A program made the position numbers and the translations under genes. Source: Candidatus Eiseniibacteriota bacterium (lineage in GTDB: Bacteria; Eisenbacteria; RBG-16-71-46). Taken from it: 64,000 nucleotides of DNA. Below the pieces are notes generated by a model. That model was not told the DNA's origin, did not search any database, and saw only the letters and a program-made list of their open reading frames with translations. This document shows, in pieces, positions 57,075 to 64,000 of this stretch (positions are counted from its first letter, which is position 1; every line of letters starts with the position of its first letter). The stretch lies in NCBI GenBank assembly GCA_016178725.1, contig JACOSV010000016.1, positions 11,132 through 75,131 on the forward strand, read 5' to 3'.

Positions 57075-59563
57075 CCGACCGAGCCCTCCATCTGGAGCTG
57101 GATCAGCCGGTTCATCTCGACCGCGTATTCCATCGGCAGCTCCTTCACGATCGGCTCGATGAAGCCCGAGACGATCATCCCCGCCGCCTCGTCCTTGCCG
57201 ATACCGCGGCTCTGGAGGTAGAAGAGCTGCTCGTCGCCGATCTTCGACACCGTCGCCTCGTGCCCGATCGTGACCTTGTCCTCTTCGATCTCCATGTACG
57301 GGTACGTGTCGGACCGCGATGCCTCGTCGAGGATCAGCGCGTCGCAGTTCACGTTGCTGCGGCAGTCCACGGCGCCCTTCTGCACCTTGACGAGCCCGCG
57401 GTAGCCGGCGCGCCCGCCGTCCTTGCTGATCGACTTCGACACGATCTTGCTGGTCGTGTTCGGCGCGCAGTGGATGACCTTGCCGCCCGCGTCCTGATGC
57501 TGGCCCTTGCCGGCGAACGCGATCGACAGGATCTCGCCGTGCGCCCCCGGCTCCATCATGTACACGCTCGGGTATTTCTGGGTGATCTTCGAACCCAGAT
57601 TCCAGTCGACCCACTCCATCGTCGCGTCGCGATACGCGAGCGCGCGCTTGGTGACGAGGTTGTAGACGTTGTTCGACCAGTTCTGGATCGTGGTATAGCG
57701 GCAGCGTGCGTTGGCCTTGACGATGATCTCGACCACCGCCGAGTGCAGCGAGTCGCTCGAGTAGGTCGGTGCGGTACAGTTGTGGACCGCGAAGCCACCT
57801 GCGACATACGCGTTGGGCGATGACTCGAGCTCGAAGTTGAACACGGGCCCGTCGAATGGATTGCGGTCGATCCGATTGATCGGAACCAGGAAGTAGTCCT
57901 CGCACTTCCGTACCTGGCTCTGCTGTTTGTCGTGCGAGAAGTAGAGGATGTACTGGTCGCGGCGCTTCATTGCGCGGCCCTGGATCGTATCGGGGCCACC
58001 CTTGCGGACGTTGATCGTGGCGAAGTGCCCCTGTCGCGCGATCAGCTCCTGGAGCTGCCACGCGAGCGTCCGGGACACGGTGCATGCGCGTGCCATCGTG
58101 TGCTTGCGCTTGCGATAGACGCTGCCATCGCCCTTGAGGTAGGTCTCGAGCAGCTGGGCCTGAAGATCCGCCGGCAGCTCCATGATCTCGCGGCTCAAGC
58201 GCTTCTCCGCGGCGCCCTGGCCGCAGTGGGCGATGCACAGATCGCGCAGGTGCTGCGAGTAGACCACCAGGTTCACCGCGTGGCGGCTCGGCTGCGCCAC
58301 TTCGATGGCGCGCTTGCCGGTCACCGCGTGGATCAGCGCCTTCACCTCGTCGATGGATTCGCGCTCGCGTTCGGAGAACGTCAGCGTCACCACCGGCTGG
58401 TGGAGCCTCTTGTGGATGTAGGTCGAGCCTTCGGCCAGGTAGTACCCGAGCAGCCGAACGACGTCGCGTGTCAGCGCCTCGTTCTCGCGGGTGATCCGGC
58501 TGACCGGGAAGACGAGGAAGTCACCGGCCTCGAGCTGGCCGGCGGGCACGAACTCGGGCTCCGCCGCTCGGAGGCGCACGCTGCTCACCTCGGGCTTCCA
58601 ATTCCCGCGCGGGGCGCGTCTCGCCGCCACATCACGGCGCCGCACCGTGAGCACGGGGTGTTCCGGCGTGAGCCTGAACACGTTGGCCGATGAGAGCGGA
58701 ACGATCGTGAGCATGTCGCCCTTGTAGGGCAGAACGCGCGTGCTCGCCACGCGCGACTCGCGGCCGTTGGAATCCATGACCACATCGCCGCGGTCGACGG
58801 TCTCGATGTTGACCCAGGTGTGACCGAGACTGACCTGCTCTCCCGCGGGCAGGCACCCCTCCACATAATGCACGTAGGCGCCCTCGTCGACGATGATGAG
58901 CGTGCGCTCGAACTGGCCCATGTCCTTGGTGTTGATCCGGAAGTAGGCCTGCAGCGGCACATCCACGTGCACGCCCTTCGGCACGTAGATGAACGAGCCG
59001 CCGGACCACACCGCCGAGTTGAGCGCCGCGAACTTGTTGTCCGCCGACGGAATCACGGTGCCGAAGTACTGCTTGAACAGCTCCTCGTGCTCCTTCAAGC
59101 CGTGGTCGCACGACAGGAACAGCACGCCCTGTTTCTCGAGCTTCTCCTGGATCTTGTGGTACACGACCTCGGAGTCGTACTGGGCGCCGACGCCGGCGAG
59201 GAACTTCTGCTCGGCCTCGGGAATGCCGAGCTTGTCGAACGTGCGCTTCATGTCGGCCGGGACGTCCTCCCAGGTCTTCGATTCCTCGGACGTCGGCTTC
59301 ACGTAGTAGTAGATGTTCTGGAAGTCGATCGTCGAGAGATCCGGGCCCCAGGTCGGCATCGGCTTCTTCTCGAAGATCTCGAGCGCCTTGAGGCGGTACT
59401 CGCGCATCCACTGCGGCTCGCCCTTCATGTCCGAGATCTGGGCGACGATCTCGCGATCGAGCCCGCGTCGGCTCTTGAAGACGTGCTGCTCCTCGTCGTG
59501 GAAGCCGTACTTCTCGGTGTAGCTCTCGCGGAGATCGAGCGTGGGTGTCTCGGGCTTGCTCAT
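57071..59563 (-). CDS. sufB: Fe-S cluster assembly protein SufB, interrupted by an intein (830-aa precursor; exteins total 471 aa)
   Basis: Track ORF. The N-extein ends ...[14 protein letters not shown]. The C-extein starts [18 protein letters not shown].... Together they form a normal-length SufB. Confidence 0.95.
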   Translation of the reverse strand: MSKPETPTLDLRESYTEKYGFHDEEQHVFKSRRGLDREIVAQISDMKGEPQWMREYRLKALEIFEKKPMPTWGPDLSTIDFQNIYYYVKPTSEESKTWEDVPADMKRTFDKLGIPEAEQKFLAGVGAQYDSEVVYHKIQEKLEKQGVLFLSCDHGLKEHEELFKQYFGTVIPSADNKFAALNSAVWSGGSFIYVPKGVHVDVPLQAYFRINTKDMGQFERTLIIVDEGAYVHYVEGCLPAGEQVSLGHTWVNIETVDRGDVVMDSNGRESRVASTRVLPYKGDMLTIVPLSSANVFRLTPEHPVLTVRRRDVAARRAPRGNWKPEVSSVRLRAAEPEFVPAGQLEAGDFLVFPVSRITRENEALTRDVVRLLGYYLAEGSTYIHKRLHQPVVTLTFSERERESIDEVKALIHAVTGKRAIEVAQPSRHAVNLVVYSQHLRDLCIAHCGQGAAEKRLSREIMELPADLQAQLLETYLKGDGSVYRKRKHTMARACTVSRTLAWQLQELIARQGHFATINVRKGGPDTIQGRAMKRRDQYILYFSHDKQQSQVRKCEDYFLVPINRIDRNPFDGPVFNFELESSPNAYVAGGFAVHNCTAPTYSSDSLHSAVVEIIVKANARCRYTTIQNWSNNVYNLVTKRALAYRDATMEWVDWNLGSKITQKYPSVYMMEPGAHGEILSIAFAGKGQHQDAGGKVIHCAPNTTSKIVSKSISKDGGRAGYRGLVKVQKGAVDCRSNVNCDALILDEASRSDTYPYMEIEEDKVTIGHEATVSKIGDEQLFYLQSRGIGKDEAAGMIVSGFIEPIVKELPMEYAVEMNRLIQLQMEGSVG
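57779..58855 (-). mobile_element. SufB intein (359 aa) with LAGLIDADG homing-endonuclease domain
   Basis: Starts CLPAGEQV (Cys1). Block B is LTPEHPVL (TxxH). The two dodecapeptide motifs are [10 protein letters not shown] and [11 protein letters not shown]. It ends GFAVHN followed by Cys+1. A hand count of 57841-57960 gives about 57% GC, well below the flanking sufB sequence. Confidence 0.88.
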
Positions 59564-60363
59564 CGTGCCACCGCTTCCTTTCCGTTGCGCACCCAGTCGT
59601 AGCCGCGGCTCTCGAGCTGGAGCGCGAGCTCCGGACCGCCGGAGATCTGGATGCGTCCGTCCACCATGACGTGGACCTTGTGCGGCTTGATGTAGTTGAG
59701 GATCCGCTGGTAGTGCGTGATCACGAGCACGCCCATGCCCGGGCCGGCGAGCGCGTTGACGCCGTCCGAGACGATGCGCAGCGCGTCGATGTCGAGGCCG
59801 GAATCGGTCTCGTCCATGATCGCGATCTCGGGCTTGAGCACGGCCATCTGGAGGATCTCGGCGCGCTTCTTCTCGCCGCCCGAGAACCCGTCGTTGAGAT
59901 AGCGGCCGGCGAACGACTCGTCCATCTTGAGCAGCGCCATCTTCTCCTTGAGCAGCGCGCGGAACTCCTTGGGCGCGATGCCGCGCTTCTTCGGCACCGC
60001 TCCGCTCCCGTCGTTCTCGGACGGCGCGAGCCGCGCGTTGAGCGCGGTGCGCAGGAAGTTCGCCACCGAGAGGCCGGGGATCGCCACCGGATACTGGAAC
60101 GCCATGAACAGACCGGCGCGCGAACGCTCGTCGGCCTCCATCTCGAGAAGGCTCTCGCCCTTGAACAGGATCTCGCCCGAGGTCACTTCGTACTTCGGGT
60201 GCCCCATCAGCGTGTTCGCGAGCGTGCTCTTGCCGGAGCCGTTCGGCCCCATCAGGGCGTGGATCTCGCCCCGCTTCACCTCGAGGTTCAGGCCCTTGAG
60301 GATCTCCTTGCCCTCGATCCCGACGTGCAGATCCTTGATCACCAGCTCAGGCGTCGCGCTCAT
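59560..60363 (-). CDS. sufC: Fe-S cluster assembly ATPase SufC
   Basis: ATG at 60363. Contains Walker [10 protein letters not shown], the ABC signature FSGGEKKR and Walker [13 protein letters not shown]. Confidence 0.95.
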   Translation of the reverse strand: MSATPELVIKDLHVGIEGKEILKGLNLEVKRGEIHALMGPNGSGKSTLANTLMGHPKYEVTSGEILFKGESLLEMEADERSRAGLFMAFQYPVAIPGLSVANFLRTALNARLAPSENDGSGAVPKKRGIAPKEFRALLKEKMALLKMDESFAGRYLNDGFSGGEKKRAEILQMAVLKPEIAIMDETDSGLDIDALRIVSDGVNALAGPGMGVLVITHYQRILNYIKPHKVHVMVDGRIQISGGPELALQLESRGYDWVRNGKEAVAR

Positions 60364-60371
60364 GTCGTCCC

Positions 60372-60743
60372 CTAGACCGAGAAGCTCTCGCCGCACGCGC
60401 ATGCGTGGCGGACGTTCGGATTGTTGAACTTGAACCCCGTGCCCATCAGGCCTTCGACGTAGTCCACCTCGGTGCCGCCGAGCAGCATCGCGCTGCGCGC
60501 GTCCACGACGAGGCGCACGTCGTTCGAATCGATCACCAGATCGCCGGGCGACTCCGCGTCGCAGAACTCCATGAAGTAGGAGTTGCCGGAGCAGCCGCCG
60601 CCGCGCACGCCGACGCGGAGCCCGGTCCCGGGCGTGCCGCGGCCCGCGAGCAGCTCCCTCACCTTCGTCGCCGCGACCGGCGTGAGCGTGATCGTCGGCG
60701 CCGGCGTTCCCGTGCCTCCGACCGTGTTCACTGTGACCGTCAT
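60372..60743 (-). CDS. sufA: A-type Fe-S carrier (IscA/SufA/ErpA family)
   Basis: ATG at 60743. Contains [13 protein letters not shown] and a C-terminal CACGESF. Confidence 0.85.
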   Translation of the reverse strand: MTVTVNTVGGTGTPAPTITLTPVAATKVRELLAGRGTPGTGLRVGVRGGGCSGNSYFMEFCDAESPGDLVIDSNDVRLVVDARSAMLLGGTEVDYVEGLMGTGFKFNNPNVRHACACGESFSV

Positions 60744-61315
60744 GCCTCTATTCCTCCGGTGGGTGTCTTGTCGAGCTCTTCGAGTCGAACGAATGGTCCG
60801 CGCGCGCCGCGCCGGCCGCGCTCGGGCGTCGCGGTGATGCCGGCGACCAGCGCCGGCTCGCCCGCCATGCCGTGATCCTGACCGCAGCGCGCGCACGCCT
60901 TGACCGGCGCCTCGGGCGTCGCGCACGCGCGGCACGTCTCGAGGTAGGCGAGCCCCTGCTCGAGCTCGCCTTCGAGCCGGCGGAAACGATCGAGCGCCGC
61001 GCGCGTCTCGGCGAGCTTCTTCTCGAACAGCGCGCGCAGGCGTTCCATCGCTTCGGGCCCGAGATCGGCGCTCCACCACGAGCGCAAGAGCTCGCTCATC
61101 TCGTGCAGCGAGAAGCCGGCGCCGTGCAGCAGATCGATCCAACGCACGCGCTCGACCGCGCTCGCGCCGTAGAGCCGGAAGCCGCCGCTCGAGCGCGTCG
61201 CGGGCTGGAGCAGACCCAGCTCTTCGTAGAGATGGATCGCGCGGACCGTCTTCCCGGTCAGCCGGGCAAGATCGCCGACGCGAAGCAGTTGACTGGTTTC
61301 GACCGCCGATGACAC
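60740..61315 (-). CDS. MerR-family transcriptional regulator with C-terminal CxxC-x9-CxxC cluster
   Basis: Track ORF. The GTG start is preceded by GGAGG. The HTH is [26 protein letters not shown], followed by a coiled-coil and then [21 protein letters not shown]. The stop overlaps the sufA start (ATGA). Confidence 0.8.
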   Translation of the reverse strand: MSSAVETSQLLRVGDLARLTGKTVRAIHLYEELGLLQPATRSSGGFRLYGASAVERVRWIDLLHGAGFSLHEMSELLRSWWSADLGPEAMERLRALFEKKLAETRAALDRFRRLEGELEQGLAYLETCRACATPEAPVKACARCGQDHGMAGEPALVAGITATPERGRRGARGPFVRLEELDKTPTGGIEA

Positions 61316-61325
61316 CGTGCCTCCA

Positions 61326-61343
61326 AACCCTTACGTAAGCGTT
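61326..61343. promoter_or_regulatory. near-perfect 18-bp palindrome (core CTTACGTAAG) in the suf leader: candidate operator
   Basis: AACCCTTACGTAAGCGTT is self-complementary at 16 of 18 positions, and the 10-bp core is perfect. It lies between the predicted -10 and the GGAGG of the MerR-like gene. Confidence 0.4.
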
Positions 61344-61356
61344 AGATTCGAACTGG

Positions 61357-61385
61357 AACCTACAGCACCTACCGGAGTTCGTCAA
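61357..61385 (-). promoter_or_regulatory. candidate sigma-70-type promoter of the MerR-suf operon (TTGACG-N17-TAGGTT)
   Basis: On the minus strand, TTGACG (61385-61380) is followed after 17 nt by TAGGTT (61362-61357). These are the same hexamers as the eno promoter candidate. Confidence 0.4.
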
Positions 61386-61448
61386 TCACGGCCGGCCCGG
61401 CCGGAAGCCTCTGGCGGGCAGGCGGATCCGCGCGGGTTGAGCGGAGGA

Positions 61449-62933
61449 TCAGGCCGCGGCGGCGGCGACTGCGGCGGGGCGGCGCGACAGCGCGAGGTAG
61501 AGTCCGCCAGCGGCGAAGAAGCCGACGAACCACGCGTAGTCGTAGAGCGGCCGGAGCGGCGGGAAAACGAGCCCGCCCCAGGCGAGCGCGCAGCCGGCGA
61601 GCGTCGCGACGACGGCCGGCAGGTTCCAGCCGCGGTAGATGCCGTCCGGCAGGTAGAGATCGGCGAGGCGCAGGTTGCGCCCGCGCACGATCCAGTAGTC
61701 GGCGATCAGCACGCCTGCGATCGAGCCGAGGCCGCCCGAGTACCCGACGAGCCACGCGAAGATGTAGCCGCTCGGATCGGCGAGCAGCCGCCACGGCTGC
61801 ATCAGGATGCCGATGATCCCGGTGATCAGGCCGCCGGTCTTGAAGCTGATCCATCGCGGCAGCGCGTTGGCGAAATCGTTCGCCGGCGAGACCACGTTCG
61901 CCGCGATGTTCACGGCGAGCGTCGCCACCACCACCGAGAACATCGCGAAGCCGACCACCAGCGGCTGGTGGAAGTTGCCGACCAGCTTGACCGGATCCCA
62001 GATCGGCCGGCCGAAGATGATGGCGCTCGCGCTCGTGATCAGCACGCCCATCGCCGCGAATGCGAACATCGTCGTCGGCAGCGCCACCGTCTGGCCGACG
62101 ATCTGCTCGCGCTGGCTGCGGCCGAATCGGGTGAAGTCGGGCATGTTGAGCGACAGCGTCGCCCAGAAGCCGATCATCCCGGTGAGCGACGGCACGAACA
62201 CCGGCAGGAACTTGGCGAGCGTGTCGAACTTGCCGGGCTGCGAGAGCAGCGGTCCGAATCCGTGCGCGGCCTTCACCGCCCACACGAGCAGCCCGAGCGT
62301 CACGATCAGGACGTACGGCGCGGCCCAGTTCTCGACCTTCCGCAGCAGATCCATGCCGCGGTAGATGATCCAGATGTTGAGCCCCCAGAAGAGCATGAAC
62401 GAGAGCCACTCGGTGCCGGCGTGCCCGGCGAAGCCCGCGCCGAGCACCGTCGGCCAGCCCGGGATCAGCGCCGCGAAGAACGTGTGCAGCGCCTCGCCGC
62501 CGATCCAGGTCTGGATGCCGAACCATCCGCACGCGACCAGCGCGCGCATCAGCGCCGGCAGGTTCGAGCCCGCCGTGCCGTACGCGGCGCGCGCGAACAC
62601 CGGGAACGGGATGCCGTACTTGGTCCCCGGGTGCGAGTTGAGCAGGATCGGCACCAGCACGATCATGTTGCCGAGCAGGATCGTGAACAGCGCCTGCTTC
62701 CAGCTCATGCCCGCGGCCATCAGCCCCGAGGCGAGCATGTACGTCGGGATGCAGTGCGCCATGCTGATCCACAGCGCGGCGTAGTTGTAGGTGGTCCAGT
62801 TGCGGCGCGCGACCGGGACCGGCGCAAGGTCGTGGTTGTAGAGCGGGCTCTGGTCGATGCGCGCGACGGCCAGCAGCTCGACGCGGCCGTCCGCGAGCTG
62901 GACCTGATTCGGATCGGATGCTGCGACGCTCAC
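61449..62933 (-). CDS. NCS1 family nucleobase/hydantoin/allantoin-type permease
   Basis: The GTG at 62933 overlaps the upstream stop (GTGA). It is the C-terminal part of track ORF 61449..63152. Contains NHDLAPVP...RNWTTYNYAALWISMAHCIPTY and GIPFPVFARAAYG, with 12 TM helices. Confidence 0.85.
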   Translation of the reverse strand: MSVAASDPNQVQLADGRVELLAVARIDQSPLYNHDLAPVPVARRNWTTYNYAALWISMAHCIPTYMLASGLMAAGMSWKQALFTILLGNMIVLVPILLNSHPGTKYGIPFPVFARAAYGTAGSNLPALMRALVACGWFGIQTWIGGEALHTFFAALIPGWPTVLGAGFAGHAGTEWLSFMLFWGLNIWIIYRGMDLLRKVENWAAPYVLIVTLGLLVWAVKAAHGFGPLLSQPGKFDTLAKFLPVFVPSLTGMIGFWATLSLNMPDFTRFGRSQREQIVGQTVALPTTMFAFAAMGVLITSASAIIFGRPIWDPVKLVGNFHQPLVVGFAMFSVVVATLAVNIAANVVSPANDFANALPRWISFKTGGLITGIIGILMQPWRLLADPSGYIFAWLVGYSGGLGSIAGVLIADYWIVRGRNLRLADLYLPDGIYRGWNLPAVVATLAGCALAWGGLVFPPLRPLYDYAWFVGFFAAGGLYLALSRRPAAVAAAAA

Positions 62934-63145
62934 GCGTTCGGTTTCCGGGCGCTGAAGAACAACGCCGTGCCGACCAAGATCGCGAAGCCCGAGACGAGCG
63001 GCGGCAGATTCCAATGCTTCTGCTCCGTGACCTTCATCTTGAAGTCGCCGATCTGGGCAACGTTCTCGGTGTGCTTGTAGGGAATGCCGCCGAACGCCAG
63101 GCCGATGAGGCCGATCAGCACGAGCACGACGCCCAGGATCCGCAT
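62930..63145 (-). CDS. small two-TM membrane protein (DUF3185-like, tentative)
   Basis: Track ORF, 71 aa, with N- and C-terminal hydrophobic helices. It is sandwiched in-operon between preA and the permease. Confidence 0.5.
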   Translation of the reverse strand: MRILGVVLVLIGLIGLAFGGIPYKHTENVAQIGDFKMKVTEQKHWNLPPLVSGFAILVGTALFFSARKPNA

Positions 63146-63148
63146 CGC

Positions 63149-64000
63149 TCACACCCTCCGCGTCTGGAGCTTCCGGAAGTCGGCGAGACCGCCGGGCACC
63201 TTGTTCGTGCCGCGGGCGATCCGGTCATTCCACGATTCGAACGGCGCGCCGTTCGTCTCGTCAACAATCGTGATGCAGTCCGGCACCGGGCACACCGACG
63301 CGCACAGGTTGCAGCCGATGCACTCGCTCTCGTCCACCCAGACGACGTGCGCGTCCTTCGCCCGCCCCGTGACCGATTTGGAGCGGTGCGCCGCCTCCGC
63401 GATCGCCGCGGTGCGCGTGGACGCCGCGTGCCCGGGTGCGAGCGCGTCGCCGGCGTTGTGGATGCAGTGCACCGCCGTGTCGCGGCAGGCGACGTAGCAG
63501 AGATTGCAGCCGATGCATTTCTCGGGGTCCACGTGCGCGACGACCTTGTAGTGGAGGTCCAGATCGCCCCACTCGGTGAACGCCGGGATCGCGCGTCCCT
63601 CGAGCTCGCGCACGCTCGTCATGCCCTTCCCGTCGAGATACGCCGAGAGCCCGTCGATCATGTCCTCGACGATGCGGAAGCCGTAGTGCATCGCCGCCGT
63701 GCACACCTGCACGCTGGTCGCGCCGAGGGCGATGAACTCCGCCGCGTCGCGCCACGTCGCGATGCCGCCGATGCCGGAGATCGGGACCGTGATGCGCGGA
63801 TCGCGCGCGAGTGCCGCGACCATGTGGAGCGCGATCGGCTTGACCGCCGGACCGCAGTAGCCGCCGTTGGTCGAGCGCCCGCCGACCACCGGGTACGGCA
63901 CGAACTTGTCGAGGTCCACGCCGATCAGGCTCTTGATCGTGTTGATCAGCGAGAGCCCCTTCGCTCCCGCCTCGACCGCGGGCACGCCGGCCTCGAGGAT
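63149..64000 (-). CDS. preA: NAD-dependent dihydropyrimidine dehydrogenase subunit PreA-like (DHOD-fold + 2x 4Fe-4S ferredoxin), N-terminus beyond the right window edge
   Basis: The reading frame stays open to nt 64000. Contains GGYCGPAVKPIAL and SGIGGI, and two CIGCNLC..C(P) clusters near the C-terminus. Confidence 0.85.
   Translation of the reverse strand: MLEAGVPAVEAGAKGLSLINTIKSLIGVDLDKFVPYPVVGGRSTNGGYCGPAVKPIALHMVAALARDPRITVPISGIGGIATWRDAAEFIALGATSVQVCTAAMHYGFRIVEDMIDGLSAYLDGKGMTSVRELEGRAIPAFTEWGDLDLHYKVVAHVDPEKCIGCNLCYVACRDTAVHCIHNAGDALAPGHAASTRTAAIAEAAHRSKSVTGRAKDAHVVWVDESECIGCNLCASVCPVPDCITIVDETNGAPFESWNDRIARGTNKVPGGLADFRKLQTRRV

Noticed and set aside
55725-58238. 837-aa ORF suggesting a giant SufD
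   Set aside because: The N-terminal 388 codons are out of frame over sufB and its intein. The ATG at 57074 overlapping the sufB stop gives a normal 449-aa SufD.

Overview
High-GC bacterial chromosomal segment. My hand counts of 120-nt samples give about 70-80% GC in typical genes and about 57-63% in three local dips. It is densely coding: about 65 CDS, one initiator tRNA, no rRNA, no CRISPR, no intact transposon or prophage. The organism looks diderm: there are several outer-membrane beta-barrel genes ending in aromatic residues, and one secreted protease carries a FlgD-Ig/T9SS-like C-terminal tail. From left to right the window holds: (1) a TPR-GAF sigma-54 activator (partial), Ppx/GppA, ArsR and rlmN; (2) an NtrY/NtrX-like two-component pair, followed by a properly spaced sigma-54 promoter driving an OMP + DUF4390 pair; (3) an ECF sigma / anti-sigma / bactofilin-repeat membrane protein module; (4) eno-ftsB and tRNA-fMet; (5) a complete caa3-type cytochrome oxidase cluster (ctaA, ctaB, ctaC, ctaD, ctaE, subunit IV, ctaG); (6) an OsmC-like gene interrupted by one in-frame TGA; (7) glycoside hydrolases, a radical-SAM/SPASM gene translationally coupled to a squalene-synthase-like gene, an MFS transporter and an alpha/beta hydrolase; (8) a small Cys-rich ORF followed by hsp20 and lon; (9) a glycosylation-like operon (SDR-Gfo fusion, unknown protein, large polytopic membrane protein); (10) a decayed HNH endonuclease remnant; (11) a FemAB-like / LemA / 2x GIDE-like membrane module, SDR, MutT, GT2, Usp and an atypical LuxR regulator; (12) a lower-GC FAD-monooxygenase islet; (13) a nine-gene SUF Fe-S assembly operon headed by a Cys-rich MerR-type regulator, in which sufB carries a LAGLIDADG intein; (14) the start of a pyrimidine-catabolism cluster (NCS1 permease, preA). 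The most notable observations are: (a) the OsmC-like gene has its TGA exactly at the catalytic-Cys column and a hairpin downstream, so it is a candidate selenoprotein; (b) the MerR-like 4-Cys regulator is coupled to the suf operon and has a near-perfect 18-bp palindrome in the leader; (c) the rSAM/SPASM and SQS-like genes overlap by TTGA; (d) the SufB intein. All calls come from reading the sequence and the ORF track. No database search was run.
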